Source: a virus
Taxonomy: Duplodnaviria; Caudoviricetes
Length of the DNA stretch: 32,530 bases
Direction: 5' to 3' (one strand)
IMG/VR virus record: IMGVR_UViG_3300037722_000994
Location: 1-32,530 of that record
The notes under the pieces are model-generated. The model ran no database searches. It was given only the letters and a program-made list of their open reading frames with translations, and was not told the origin of the DNA. A program made the translations under genes and the position numbers. Positions 1 through 7,641 of the stretch are shown here, in pieces. How positions within the stretch are numbered: position 1 is the stretch's first letter; every line of letters begins with the position of its first letter.

Positions 1-2
1 AT

Positions 3-158
3 AAAGACTACAATGTTGCCGAGGTTATTGAAAGAAACCCCGAGTGGCTGTTATGGGCTATCAGAAACGTGCGTGGTTTTTATGTACAAGATATGGTAAT
101 GGGCGCAGCACAAACCAAAATGGAGGAAGTCAGTGGCGAGACGAAAGCCTGCAAATAA
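3..158 (+). CDS. 3' end of a hypothetical protein truncated by the window edge (possibly ExoX C-terminal/DUF3820-like)
   Basis: Open frame from base 3 (KDYNVAEVIERNPEWLLWAIRNV...) to TAA at 156-158. 'V.E..P.WL.W' resembles the small FGK..G...P.YL.W family. Not in the ORF track. Confidence 0.5.
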   Translation, partial: KDYNVAEVIERNPEWLLWAIRNVRGFYVQDMVMGAAQTKMEEVSGETKACK

Positions 159-1104
159 CAAACCTGAAGAAACCCCTGCATGTGTTGTGGAGCAGGTGCC
201 GCAAGTCGACGCCATTCTTACAGGCGATATTCATTTACGTGATGACCAACCCGTGTGTCGAACCGATAACTTTTTTGAAGCACAGGCTAAGAAGATGGCT
301 TGGCTTGCCGCACTGCAAAAACAATACCAATGTCCGATAATTGATAGCGGCGACGTGTTCGGCAAGGCTCGACCAAGCCCCTACTTGCTCCAATGGGCTA
401 TCCGAAACATGCCGGATAGGTACCACAGCGTACCGGGGAACCACGATTTACCTGAGCACAGCTTGGCTAATATTGATAAAAGTGGATTTGGTGTGTTGTG
501 TGCCGCCGAAACTATTTCAAATATGACCGGCATTTGTGCTGTAAATTTCGGGCCACGGGCCTTAACTCCAGGGCTTTGTGTAGGGGTACCGTGGGGTATC
601 GATTGGTTTGATGTTATCAGGGAACACGACTTTTATGAAATAGCAGTTATCCATATTATGACATATCATGGCAATACCCCATGGCCCGGTTGCACTGACC
701 CTGATGCTGATACCCTATTGAAAGATATACCGGCCCGGCTTGTAGTAACGGGCCACAACCATGTTCCGTTTGTTGTGCAGGGGGATGATAAAATTCTTGT
801 TAACCCCGGCAGCTTGATGCGTAGTACGGCAGCACAAGCCGATTTTAAGCCGAGGGTTTACCTTTACTGTGCCCACGATAACACGGTACAACCGGTTTAT
901 GTGCCCATAGAGGCAGGGGTTGTTAGCCGGGAACACCTTGACAGTACTCGAGACAAGGAAGAACGGCTGAGTGAATTTGTAAGTCGTTTGGCTGAGGATG
1001 TGGAGGTTGGTTTAAGTTTTCAAGCCAATATGGAGAAGTATTTATCTGATAACCGTGTCCGTAAGGGTGTAAGACGTATCATTGAAAAGGGGATGGAATT
1101 ATGA
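133..1104 (+). CDS. Mre11/SbcD-like (T4 gp47-like) metallophosphoesterase nuclease
   Basis: Phosphoesterase motifs GDIH, SGDVF, GNHD, IH, GHNH and NPGS in the right order. GGAGG RBS at 122-126 before GTG. Near a Rad50-like fragment. Confidence 0.9.
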   Translation: MARRKPANNKPEETPACVVEQVPQVDAILTGDIHLRDDQPVCRTDNFFEAQAKKMAWLAALQKQYQCPIIDSGDVFGKARPSPYLLQWAIRNMPDRYHSVPGNHDLPEHSLANIDKSGFGVLCAAETISNMTGICAVNFGPRALTPGLCVGVPWGIDWFDVIREHDFYEIAVIHIMTYHGNTPWPGCTDPDADTLLKDIPARLVVTGHNHVPFVVQGDDKILVNPGSLMRSTAAQADFKPRVYLYCAHDNTVQPVYVPIEAGVVSREHLDSTRDKEERLSEFVSRLAEDVEVGLSFQANMEKYLSDNRVRKGVRRIIEKGMEL

Positions 1105-1448
1105 TAAAATGGTTTAAGAAACTTTTCCGTATCGTCCGTGAATATGATTCCTTCACAGCATCCACAAAGGCACGGCTTAACAATCTAAATACAACCGTGC
1201 AAAGTGCAGAAAAGATTATCCAGGATAGAACTACCATTAGCGCCGACATTTCCCCTATGTGTAAAGACCCGCACATCATCTTTGTTTCAGGCAGGTATAG
1301 AAATGTTGACTATGTGCAATGTTATTCAATACACGGGGAAGATTTTGCTAATATTATAGAAATACTAAAAGAGATGAAACGGTATGGAACGTTGCGCCGT
1401 TTAGATGCCCCGCACGGGTTTAGACACATCTTTCAAAGGGAGTTATAA
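1101..1448 (+). CDS. hypothetical protein
   Basis: 115-aa ORF with ATGA overlap with the nuclease gene; fills the gap to the next gene. Confidence 0.7.
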   Translation: MIKWFKKLFRIVREYDSFTASTKARLNNLNTTVQSAEKIIQDRTTISADISPMCKDPHIIFVSGRYRNVDYVQCYSIHGEDFANIIEILKEMKRYGTLRRLDAPHGFRHIFQREL

Positions 1449-1450
1449 CG

Positions 1451-1687
1451 ATGAGTGTAGAACAACGCCTGCTCAATCTAAAAGACAAGATAGAAACCGC
1501 CAAATCGGACAAAGCCCGTGCTGAGGGGGCCTTGGCACAATTACAGGCACGCCTTGCGGAGGAGTTTAATGTTAACGATGTTGATGCCGCCGAAGACCTC
1601 TTGGAAAAGCTGCGTGCAGAAACCGCTGAGCTAGAAAAGAAGATAGAGGCTTCCGTGATAGAGATGGAGGCCAAGTATGGCCTATAG
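1451..1687 (+). CDS. small coiled-coil protein, probably a fragment of the Rad50/SbcC coiled-coil arm
   Basis: Heptad-like E/K/A/L-rich 78-aa protein. GGGAG RBS upstream. Directly precedes the ABC-ATPase C-terminal gene. Confidence 0.75.
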   Translation: MSVEQRLLNLKDKIETAKSDKARAEGALAQLQARLAEEFNVNDVDAAEDLLEKLRAETAELEKKIEASVIEMEAKYGL

Positions 1688-2291
1688 CAACCACATCCGG
1701 CAACGTCTCGAACAAGCCAAGGGCCTGCTTAAATCCGCCCAGGACAACCTTAACCGTTCCTCGGATGAGATTGACCACCTTGAAATGGACGTGGCTTTCT
1801 GCGAAGAGGGTCTAACCATTGTCCGGCATGTTGCTCAAGAAACACAGAAACAGTTGGAGTACCGCATCAGTGAGCTTGTGAGCTTGGCAATGTACAGCGT
1901 GTTTGATAGCCCTTACGAATTCGAGTTGGACTTCGTGCAACGTAGGAACCGCACCGAGGCCGACATATGGTTTAGCCGGGGTGGCAACTTGATAAAGCCT
2001 GTCGATGCAAGCGGTGGCGGAGCTGTGGATGTGGCTGCGTTTGCCTTGCGGGTGGCTTTGTGGAACCTTGCCATGCCTAAAACCGCCCCGATTATTATTC
2101 TAGATGAGCCGTTAAAGTGGCTCAAAGGGGGCAGTTTACCCGAGAAGGGTGCACAGATGATGCAAGAATTATCTGACCGCTTACACCTGCAATTGATTAT
2201 CATTAGCCACATCCCCGACCAAATAGAGGGCGCAAACCGGCGCATCGAAGTTGAAATGAAAAACAAGGAAAGTCGGGTCATAACCGTATGA
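1677..2291 (+). CDS. Rad50/SbcC-like ABC ATPase, C-terminal half only
   Basis: Coiled coil followed by signature-like ASGGG, Walker B IIILDEP and H-loop IISH. No Walker A. Own GGAGG RBS at 1666-1670. Confidence 0.85.
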   Translation: MAYSNHIRQRLEQAKGLLKSAQDNLNRSSDEIDHLEMDVAFCEEGLTIVRHVAQETQKQLEYRISELVSLAMYSVFDSPYEFELDFVQRRNRTEADIWFSRGGNLIKPVDASGGGAVDVAAFALRVALWNLAMPKTAPIIILDEPLKWLKGGSLPEKGAQMMQELSDRLHLQLIIISHIPDQIEGANRRIEVEMKNKESRVITV

Positions 2292-2301
2292 GGGAGGTGC
2301 C

Positions 2302-2940
2302 ATGAAAGAAAAATTTATAGAAATGGTATACGAAGAGTTTATGCGTAGGATCCGTGCCACAGGTCATAGCGGGACGCTGCCTATCACTATGGGTGATCCT
2401 GAGTTTAAGCTGCTTGCCGACAGTATGGCAACCATACTCCTATACTTTATCAGCGATGAACTTGCTGCCGTGCTGCCGGACATGGTTGATGAGGTGAACC
2501 ATGGCGATACCAAGTACGGACCCCACCCCGGCCCGTTGCGGGCCTTTGGTGCCTTGCGCAGCGAGGTTTATGAGCTGCAAACAGAGATTGAGGCGGAGGA
2601 TGCTGCCCCCGAAAACATCTACCACGAAGCCGTTCAAGTACTTGCCATGGCCTTTAAGTTCATCAGGGACGCCGCACACCCTGCCCTGAAGGAAAAGGAA
2701 GAGGTCGTTAATATGAAACAAAGCAGCAAAGATTGGGCTTTGGGTTTCAAGGGGGTTTTGAAGATACTTGACCCTGATGGTTGGGATAGGAAGAACTTTT
2801 ACCACTCATTTAATGAGGAATTGATTACGCTTGCGGAGTTTTTGGTTCGTGCGCAAAACTCTACTATAGAATGTTCTAACGAATTTCTACAGCAGTGCGA
2901 AACACTAACAACCTTCAAAAAAACCCCCCGGCAGCCCTAA
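2302..2940 (+). CDS. MazG-like NTP pyrophosphohydrolase-domain protein fused to a small C-terminal domain
   Basis: GGGAGGT RBS. Helical motif SEVYEL...EAVQVLAMA resembles phage MazG-like proteins. C-terminal ILDPDGWDR domain. Confidence 0.55.
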   Translation: MKEKFIEMVYEEFMRRIRATGHSGTLPITMGDPEFKLLADSMATILLYFISDELAAVLPDMVDEVNHGDTKYGPHPGPLRAFGALRSEVYELQTEIEAEDAAPENIYHEAVQVLAMAFKFIRDAAHPALKEKEEVVNMKQSSKDWALGFKGVLKILDPDGWDRKNFYHSFNEELITLAEFLVRAQNSTIECSNEFLQQCETLTTFKKTPRQP

Positions 2941-3019
2941 AGGGAGAGAGAACAACTACCAGGGGCATTGCAAGCCGCCTTGCCTACCTACCAACCATTT
3001 ATTCTCGGGGCCAGACTTT

Positions 3020-3075
3020 GCCCCAGCGCCCTTTTCCTTACAAAACCAAGGCAAGGGTAGCTGGGGCGTTTATTT
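3020..3075. terminator. long imperfect hairpin between convergent gene blocks, probable (bidirectional) terminator
   Basis: GCCCCAGC (3020-3027) pairs with GCTGGGGC (3060-3067), with inner CCCTT/AAGGG and CCTT/AAGG stems, followed by GTTTATTT on the + strand. Confidence 0.65.
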
Positions 3076-3101
3076 AGGCCCTTAAAACGCATGTTTAATT
3101 T

Positions 3102-3707
3102 CTATTGAAATACAGTTCCCAGCCTATTCAACCAACCTGCCCGATAAATAAGCTTTCCCTTTGAGTAATGTTTATAGCTTTCTCCAAACACAGCGACCGT
3201 GATAGCCGTTTTATGAGGGATTGTTTTAAGCATGGCAAGTGTCACAGGCCCAATCACTCCATCCACCTTCAACGGCTTACCGTTCAGTACTTGAATTATT
3301 TTGGTTTGCCAAGGGGAAAGCCTTTGTGGCATTAAGCCAAGGTCTTCAGTGAAATTCAAAACATTGATGCCGGTTTGGAGGTATTTGGCCGCCCTAACAT
3401 TTCCACAGTTAACACAGAGGCTAAACAGCAGTATGGCAAGCTGCGGGTAATACTCGCTAATGCTATTCAGCTTCAGTATGTGCCAATAATCCTTATAATA
3501 GATGATCTTTGCCTGCTCAACAGTCAAGTTCCTTATATCAAGTTCAGGGTAGCTTGCTGCTGAGATCCCATACTTTGTGCCCTTTAACTTACCTACACCA
3601 ACCTTACCTCCTGTCCAGTTGCCCGAATCCTGCGGGTCATCACTAAATACGGCCTCTATTTGTAAAACGGAAGAAAACGCCTCATCAAAAACAGTATAAG
3701 CGGCCAT
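3102..3707 (-). CDS. endolysin, glycoside hydrolase family 108 with C-terminal peptidoglycan-binding segment
   Basis: E...DDPQDSGNWTGG...GTKYGIS, LT.EQA..IY...YW, VDGVIGP.T and GWLNR. Start placed at ATG 3707 (TGATG overlap with the upstream gene) rather than 3725. Confidence 0.88.
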   Translation of the reverse strand: MAAYTVFDEAFSSVLQIEAVFSDDPQDSGNWTGGKVGVGKLKGTKYGISAASYPELDIRNLTVEQAKIIYYKDYWHILKLNSISEYYPQLAILLFSLCVNCGNVRAAKYLQTGINVLNFTEDLGLMPQRLSPWQTKIIQVLNGKPLKVDGVIGPVTLAMLKTIPHKTAITVAVFGESYKHYSKGKLIYRAGWLNRLGTVFQ

Positions 3708-4240
3708 CACAGTACCCCTTCCCATACGATATCAAAATCACGCCACCGACGCCATTCATCTACAAGGTCATCGGGGTTTGTGCCCATAAATACCCCGTGC
3801 CGCACACCACACAGGTACAGGAACTTAGCTGTCAACTCAGAACATACAACAAACTTGCCTTTGTATGATATACGACGGGCAATAGGTGGAATGAGGAATA
3901 AAGGTAAACGCCACAATGGGTATATGCCGCCCAAGTACGCCTCTTTGCATACCTCTAATGCCACTTGTTTTTGCATGGTATCAGCAATAGGCCGTGCAAT
4001 CAGAACACGCTGCCCTTTATATGCCTGGAAAAAGTTTTGTTCGGTTATCCTCCATACTGCTTCAAACGTCAAACCCAGTTCATTTTGGATAATGCCCGTA
4101 TGCCCGTAATCGGCATGCAGGTCATGAGACATCCATTTTTCCATAAACTCGATAATGGTTCCGACGCCCTGTGGGTTATTTGTAGCAAATACCATTCCAG
4201 GCTCTAGCTCAAAACGCGTCTCATGCAGCATGGCCATCAC
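3707..4240 (-). CDS. permuted papain-like NlpC/P60 (YaeF/YiiX, C92-like) protein
   Basis: LEPGMVF start, YGHTGI (His before Cys) and VCSEL near the C-terminus. GGAGGT RBS. Confidence 0.8.
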   Translation of the reverse strand: MMAMLHETRFELEPGMVFATNNPQGVGTIIEFMEKWMSHDLHADYGHTGIIQNELGLTFEAVWRITEQNFFQAYKGQRVLIARPIADTMQKQVALEVCKEAYLGGIYPLWRLPLFLIPPIARRISYKGKFVVCSELTAKFLYLCGVRHGVFMGTNPDDLVDEWRRWRDFDIVWEGVL

Positions 4241-4268
4241 CTCCTAATAAAAATTGAAAACAGGTCTC

Positions 4269-4853
4269 CTATTCACCCGGTGGAAGTACGTAGGTTATCT
4301 TCCCGGTCCGTTTTCCATGATTGTATAACCCATAAGTACCCATTAGGGCTAGAAATTTAATAATGAGCGTCCCATCATGCCATGATGCCATAACAGTACC
4401 CTGGGATAAATCGGGGTACACCGTACTCACGTAAAGGCCGAACGCTGCAATATTTGACCAAACGTTTGGCCAGTGTTCCGCAATCAGTTTCAAAACCTCT
4501 CGTAAAGTCGCACGCTCATTTCGGCCCATAGTACACCTCCGGTTGCTTAAGAAATCTTCGGTTTTGATGCGCCCCTTAAAAAGGGGCTTTGGAAAGTAAA
4601 CGTCTTTGTAATCTTCCGGTAATGGTTCAAAAGCTTGTTCACTTTTACACGGCAGGCCCGTAAGTTTACATAGTGGGGGTTTGGCGGAAACATGAAACCA
4701 GACCAGCCAATTAAACTTGTTATGCCGTGTGCGTTGATAGACCATCTTCCAACCGTGAACTTCGTGCATATACCTTGCATAGATCAAGCAATTGGCATAG
4801 CCGGAATCTATACGCCGCTTCATCCAATTAATTATAAATGCAGGAAGTCTCAT
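4269..4853 (-). CDS. hypothetical protein: soluble N-terminal domain fused to a holin-like C-terminal part
   Basis: 194-aa ORF in the lysis cassette. Internal GGAGGT-N5-ATG at 4529 would give an 86-aa product with two moderately hydrophobic segments. Confidence 0.6.
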   Translation of the reverse strand: MRLPAFIINWMKRRIDSGYANCLIYARYMHEVHGWKMVYQRTRHNKFNWLVWFHVSAKPPLCKLTGLPCKSEQAFEPLPEDYKDVYFPKPLFKGRIKTEDFLSNRRCTMGRNERATLREVLKLIAEHWPNVWSNIAAFGLYVSTVYPDLSQGTVMASWHDGTLIIKFLALMGTYGLYNHGKRTGKITYVLPPGE

Positions 4854-4870
4854 CAGCTTGCCTTAAGATA

Positions 4871-5038
4871 TTATGCAAATCTATCAATTACCCCATTTGT
4901 TAACGTGGGGTTGATAAAATACTCTTCATGACTACAGAAGTTCTTTTTCGCAATTAGCACGCCTAGAAAGAAGCCTAGGAGAAAAGCAAGTGCTAGGATT
5001 AGCTTTAGGCTACGGAGGTTTAATTTAGTGTTTTCCAT
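4871..5038 (-). CDS. small single-TM membrane protein (55 aa)
   Basis: TAATG overlap with the upstream gene. Translates MENTKLNLRSLKLILALAFLLGFFLGVLIAKKNFC...DRFA*. Absent from the ORF track. Confidence 0.65.
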   Translation of the reverse strand: MENTKLNLRSLKLILALAFLLGFFLGVLIAKKNFCSHEEYFINPTLTNGVIDRFA

Positions 5039-5355
5039 TACTCTTCCCCATCGCCAACCAGTCGTTCGAGCACCACGTCCTCTATCTCCAGCTTACGGCC
5101 AATGCGAAAAATAACTTGCTTCATTGCAGTTATATCGCGCTTCCACCTATGATCCTCTTGCCTACGAGCGGCATCGCACTGATCGCGGTGCAGCTTACAA
5201 TGTGCGAAAGTGACAACATCCGTCGTATCTCTGTTTGTATTCTTAAACCACTTATCTGCAAGTTGGTCTAGGAAGCGGAGGGCGTAACGGGCAAGCAATA
5301 GAACGATTGCTCCGAAGATGATAAAGTCCTTTGTTAGCACCGTTTCTAATTCCAT
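5038..5355 (-). CDS. N-terminal TM protein, holin/antiholin-like first gene of the lysis cassette
   Basis: AGGAGG RBS. Hydrophobic FIIFGAIVLLLA segment, then a C..HR..C motif and a helical tail. Confidence 0.65.
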   Translation of the reverse strand: MELETVLTKDFIIFGAIVLLLARYALRFLDQLADKWFKNTNRDTTDVVTFAHCKLHRDQCDAARRQEDHRWKRDITAMKQVIFRIGRKLEIEDVVLERLVGDGEE

Positions 5356-5469
5356 TACAGCCTCCTAGTTTGCTTTATTGTATGTGCTACTGCCCTATTA
5401 TGGTAGAGGTAGCGCGGGGCGTTTATGTTGCCGAGATGACAACGCGGTTAGCTGCCCGCCAACCATTCT

Positions 5470-5889
5470 TTACTCCATCATAGCTTCTTGCATCGAGTAT
5501 GGCACATCTGGGTAAACCAGCATAGCATCGTCCCAAGGAGCGCCGCCCTCAAGATGCGCCGCATTGGTATAAAACTGATTCCAGCAAGTTTCCATGCACG
5601 CCTTAACCGCCAATGACTTTGGCTTACCACCTTTTGCTTTGTCCCAAATCATCGGCGCGGCGGTCCAGTGCGCAGATTTGTCAATGTGCCCACGGCAGGC
5701 TTGGTCGAGTTGCTGGATACGCTCTTCGATACTCGGAACATATGGTTCTACTTCTACAGTCTCAGGGATGTATCGGACATATCCATTGGCCGCAAGCTCT
5801 TCCTCGCTCATGCGATTAACCGGAAGACCGTTGTGGCATTTGCCTTTTGGAATATTGATCGTTTCGTTGTTGTAAGTGTATTGTGACAT
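5470..5889 (-). CDS. putative tail-fibre-associated/assembly protein
   Basis: Follows the fibre and lectin genes. GGAGAGGAAG RBS favours the start at 5889 (MSQYTY). Function inferred from position only. Confidence 0.55.
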   Translation of the reverse strand: MSQYTYNNETINIPKGKCHNGLPVNRMSEEELAANGYVRYIPETVEVEPYVPSIEERIQQLDQACRGHIDKSAHWTAAPMIWDKAKGGKPKSLAVKACMETCWNQFYTNAAHLEGGAPWDDAMLVYPDVPYSMQEAMME

Positions 5890-5900
5890 GGCTTCCTCTC

Positions 5901-6584
5901 CTAAATTGGCGTAGTAACTAACCACTTTTCTGCTTGCTCATCAGTTAATGTATAGTTATAGTACCTAATGTCCCATGCTTCCACACCATTCAATCCTGCA
6001 TCATATCTGTCATCATATTGGCATCCTATGCCATACTTACTGGTTGTTACATTACCCGCAAATACCCATGTCGTTGATCCCAACTTCACTCCATCTACAA
6101 AAACAGTTAGTAATGAGTTTGAGGCATTATAAGTTACAATAATGGCCGATTCTTTACCAACTGTATTAGCCGCTAATACATACCATGATTTAGATGTTGC
6201 GTTATAAAGGGCCACCTGTACAGCAGTTGCATAATTAAAAAGAAACAAACCGCGTTTAGTGGTTGCTGCAAGCTCATAGCCAAATAAAACACTACCCAAT
6301 GGATTATGACAGCGACTTTTACAAGCAAAGGAAAAGCTCGCCCCATTAAACAACACTTCCGGTCGATACAGATTTCCAAAACCGCCACAGCAGGTACTAG
6401 ACGTGGGGTTTGTTTTAAATCTACCGTTAGTAATAGCTGCTGGAGATGCCACCGCTATATTTGCAGATATAGAGCCAATGCCGTTTTCTGCCGAAATACT
6501 ATCCCCAACATAACGAGCAAAGAAATCAGTAGGAAAACCCGCCTCCTGATTTCTTACTATCCTTCTTAAATGATGTCCTAACAT
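5901..6584 (-). CDS. LamG/concanavalin A-like lectin domain protein (putative receptor-binding protein)
   Basis: IIVTYN....TVFVDG, IG...LNG...DIRYYNYTLT.EQ is the Laminin_G_3 pattern. TGATG overlap with the fibre gene. Confidence 0.8.
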   Translation of the reverse strand: MLGHHLRRIVRNQEAGFPTDFFARYVGDSISAENGIGSISANIAVASPAAITNGRFKTNPTSSTCCGGFGNLYRPEVLFNGASFSFACKSRCHNPLGSVLFGYELAATTKRGLFLFNYATAVQVALYNATSKSWYVLAANTVGKESAIIVTYNASNSLLTVFVDGVKLGSTTWVFAGNVTTSKYGIGCQYDDRYDAGLNGVEAWDIRYYNYTLTDEQAEKWLVTTPI

Positions 6585-7639
6585 CACCCCTCCTCAACGA
6601 TGAAGATAAAATAAGCACCGTTCACACAAAGGATTTCATATAGACCATACGTAGTAATTCCACTTCCATCTGGTTCCGCATTAGCAAAGCCCCAACCACT
6701 CCATGTGATTGCTCCGACTCCGGCACTTGCTGATATATATAACAACATAGAAGCTGTAACGCCTGTAGGCCAAGTGCCTTTTGCAATGGTAAACGCGGTG
6801 TCATCTGCTGTAATGGTCTGGCTATTACCATCCGCATAAACGAGTGTTATCGTTCCTCCGGCAGTTGCATCATGATCCGTTTTTTCAGTTTCAGAAATGG
6901 CCGTAGTTGTAACGTTATTCAAAGCGCCATTCAACGCCCATATCGTCACATCGCTTCCATCAGGAGCAGCAACATCAAGGGTAACGGCATCTGTAGTCCC
7001 ACTATACTCATCAGGAGAAAGAAAAACCCCATCTACAATGACCATTATAGAATAACCATCAATGTCAAGAGTTGCGGCATTATCATCTGCGCCCGTAAAA
7101 ACAGTTTGCGTTGTTCCTGAAGTGTACTCATACGCCATGACGCCAAATGAACCTGCGCTGCCACTAGCAGAAGCAATTAACTCATCTAATGTTTCTAAGG
7201 CTTTTTGCACCGTATCGTCAGCCGCAGATAAATTATTATTGAAGTTAGTCGTATCTGCTGTTACGGCGGCGGCATCCCCACCAGAACTATACGTTTCCCA
7301 GCTTGAACTTTTATAGATGCATATCGTATCTTCATCTTCAACAAAGCACAGCCAGCCTTTGCGTGGGGCATAAGCACGCCAACCCGCAATGTCGGTATCA
7401 TATACAACTATTTGGTTTTCAAGACCCGCCCAAGAGCCAGTGGCAGTTGGGCCGACTAAATAACTATCCCCATCGGTAGGCGCACCAGGCGGCGTGCTGA
7501 TATCTTTATCAATGACTGACAGGTGCATGCCCACCAAACCAATCTTTAATAGGTTTTCATCCATACCCTCGTTCCAACCGTTTTCACCTAGACTCCAGGT
7601 ATGTTTGATGCCATTTCTCGGCTCAATCTTCGCAGTCAT
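6584..7639 (-). CDS. tail fibre/adaptor protein with N-terminal DUF2793-like domain
   Basis: SVID...TPP..P.DGD.YLV...ATG.WAG..NQI......W....P..GW...V.DE. C-terminal beta-rich connector segment. Confidence 0.8.
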   Translation of the reverse strand: MTAKIEPRNGIKHTWSLGENGWNEGMDENLLKIGLVGMHLSVIDKDISTPPGAPTDGDSYLVGPTATGSWAGLENQIVVYDTDIAGWRAYAPRKGWLCFVEDEDTICIYKSSSWETYSSGGDAAAVTADTTNFNNNLSAADDTVQKALETLDELIASASGSAGSFGVMAYEYTSGTTQTVFTGADDNAATLDIDGYSIMVIVDGVFLSPDEYSGTTDAVTLDVAAPDGSDVTIWALNGALNNVTTTAISETEKTDHDATAGGTITLVYADGNSQTITADDTAFTIAKGTWPTGVTASMLLYISASAGVGAITWSGWGFANAEPDGSGITTYGLYEILCVNGAYFIFIVEEG

Positions 7640-7641
7640 AA

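Noticed and set aside
1451-2291. Frameshift or sequencing error joining the coiled-coil ORF to the Rad50 C-terminal ORF
   Set aside because: The second ORF has its own GGAGG and ATG with an ordinary 11-nt overlap, and I saw no slippery heptamer at the junction.
2917-2929. A7C6 homopolymer run near the end of the MazG-like gene as a frameshift or phase-variation site
   Set aside because: It is only a few codons from the stop, and the alternative frame (2895-3077) runs through the terminator hairpin with no protein-like features.
5386-6587. Diversity-generating retroelement target (lectin gene followed by hairpins)
   Set aside because: No reverse transcriptase and no TR/VR repeat pair seen in the window. 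The lectin is LamG-like rather than a C-type lectin.
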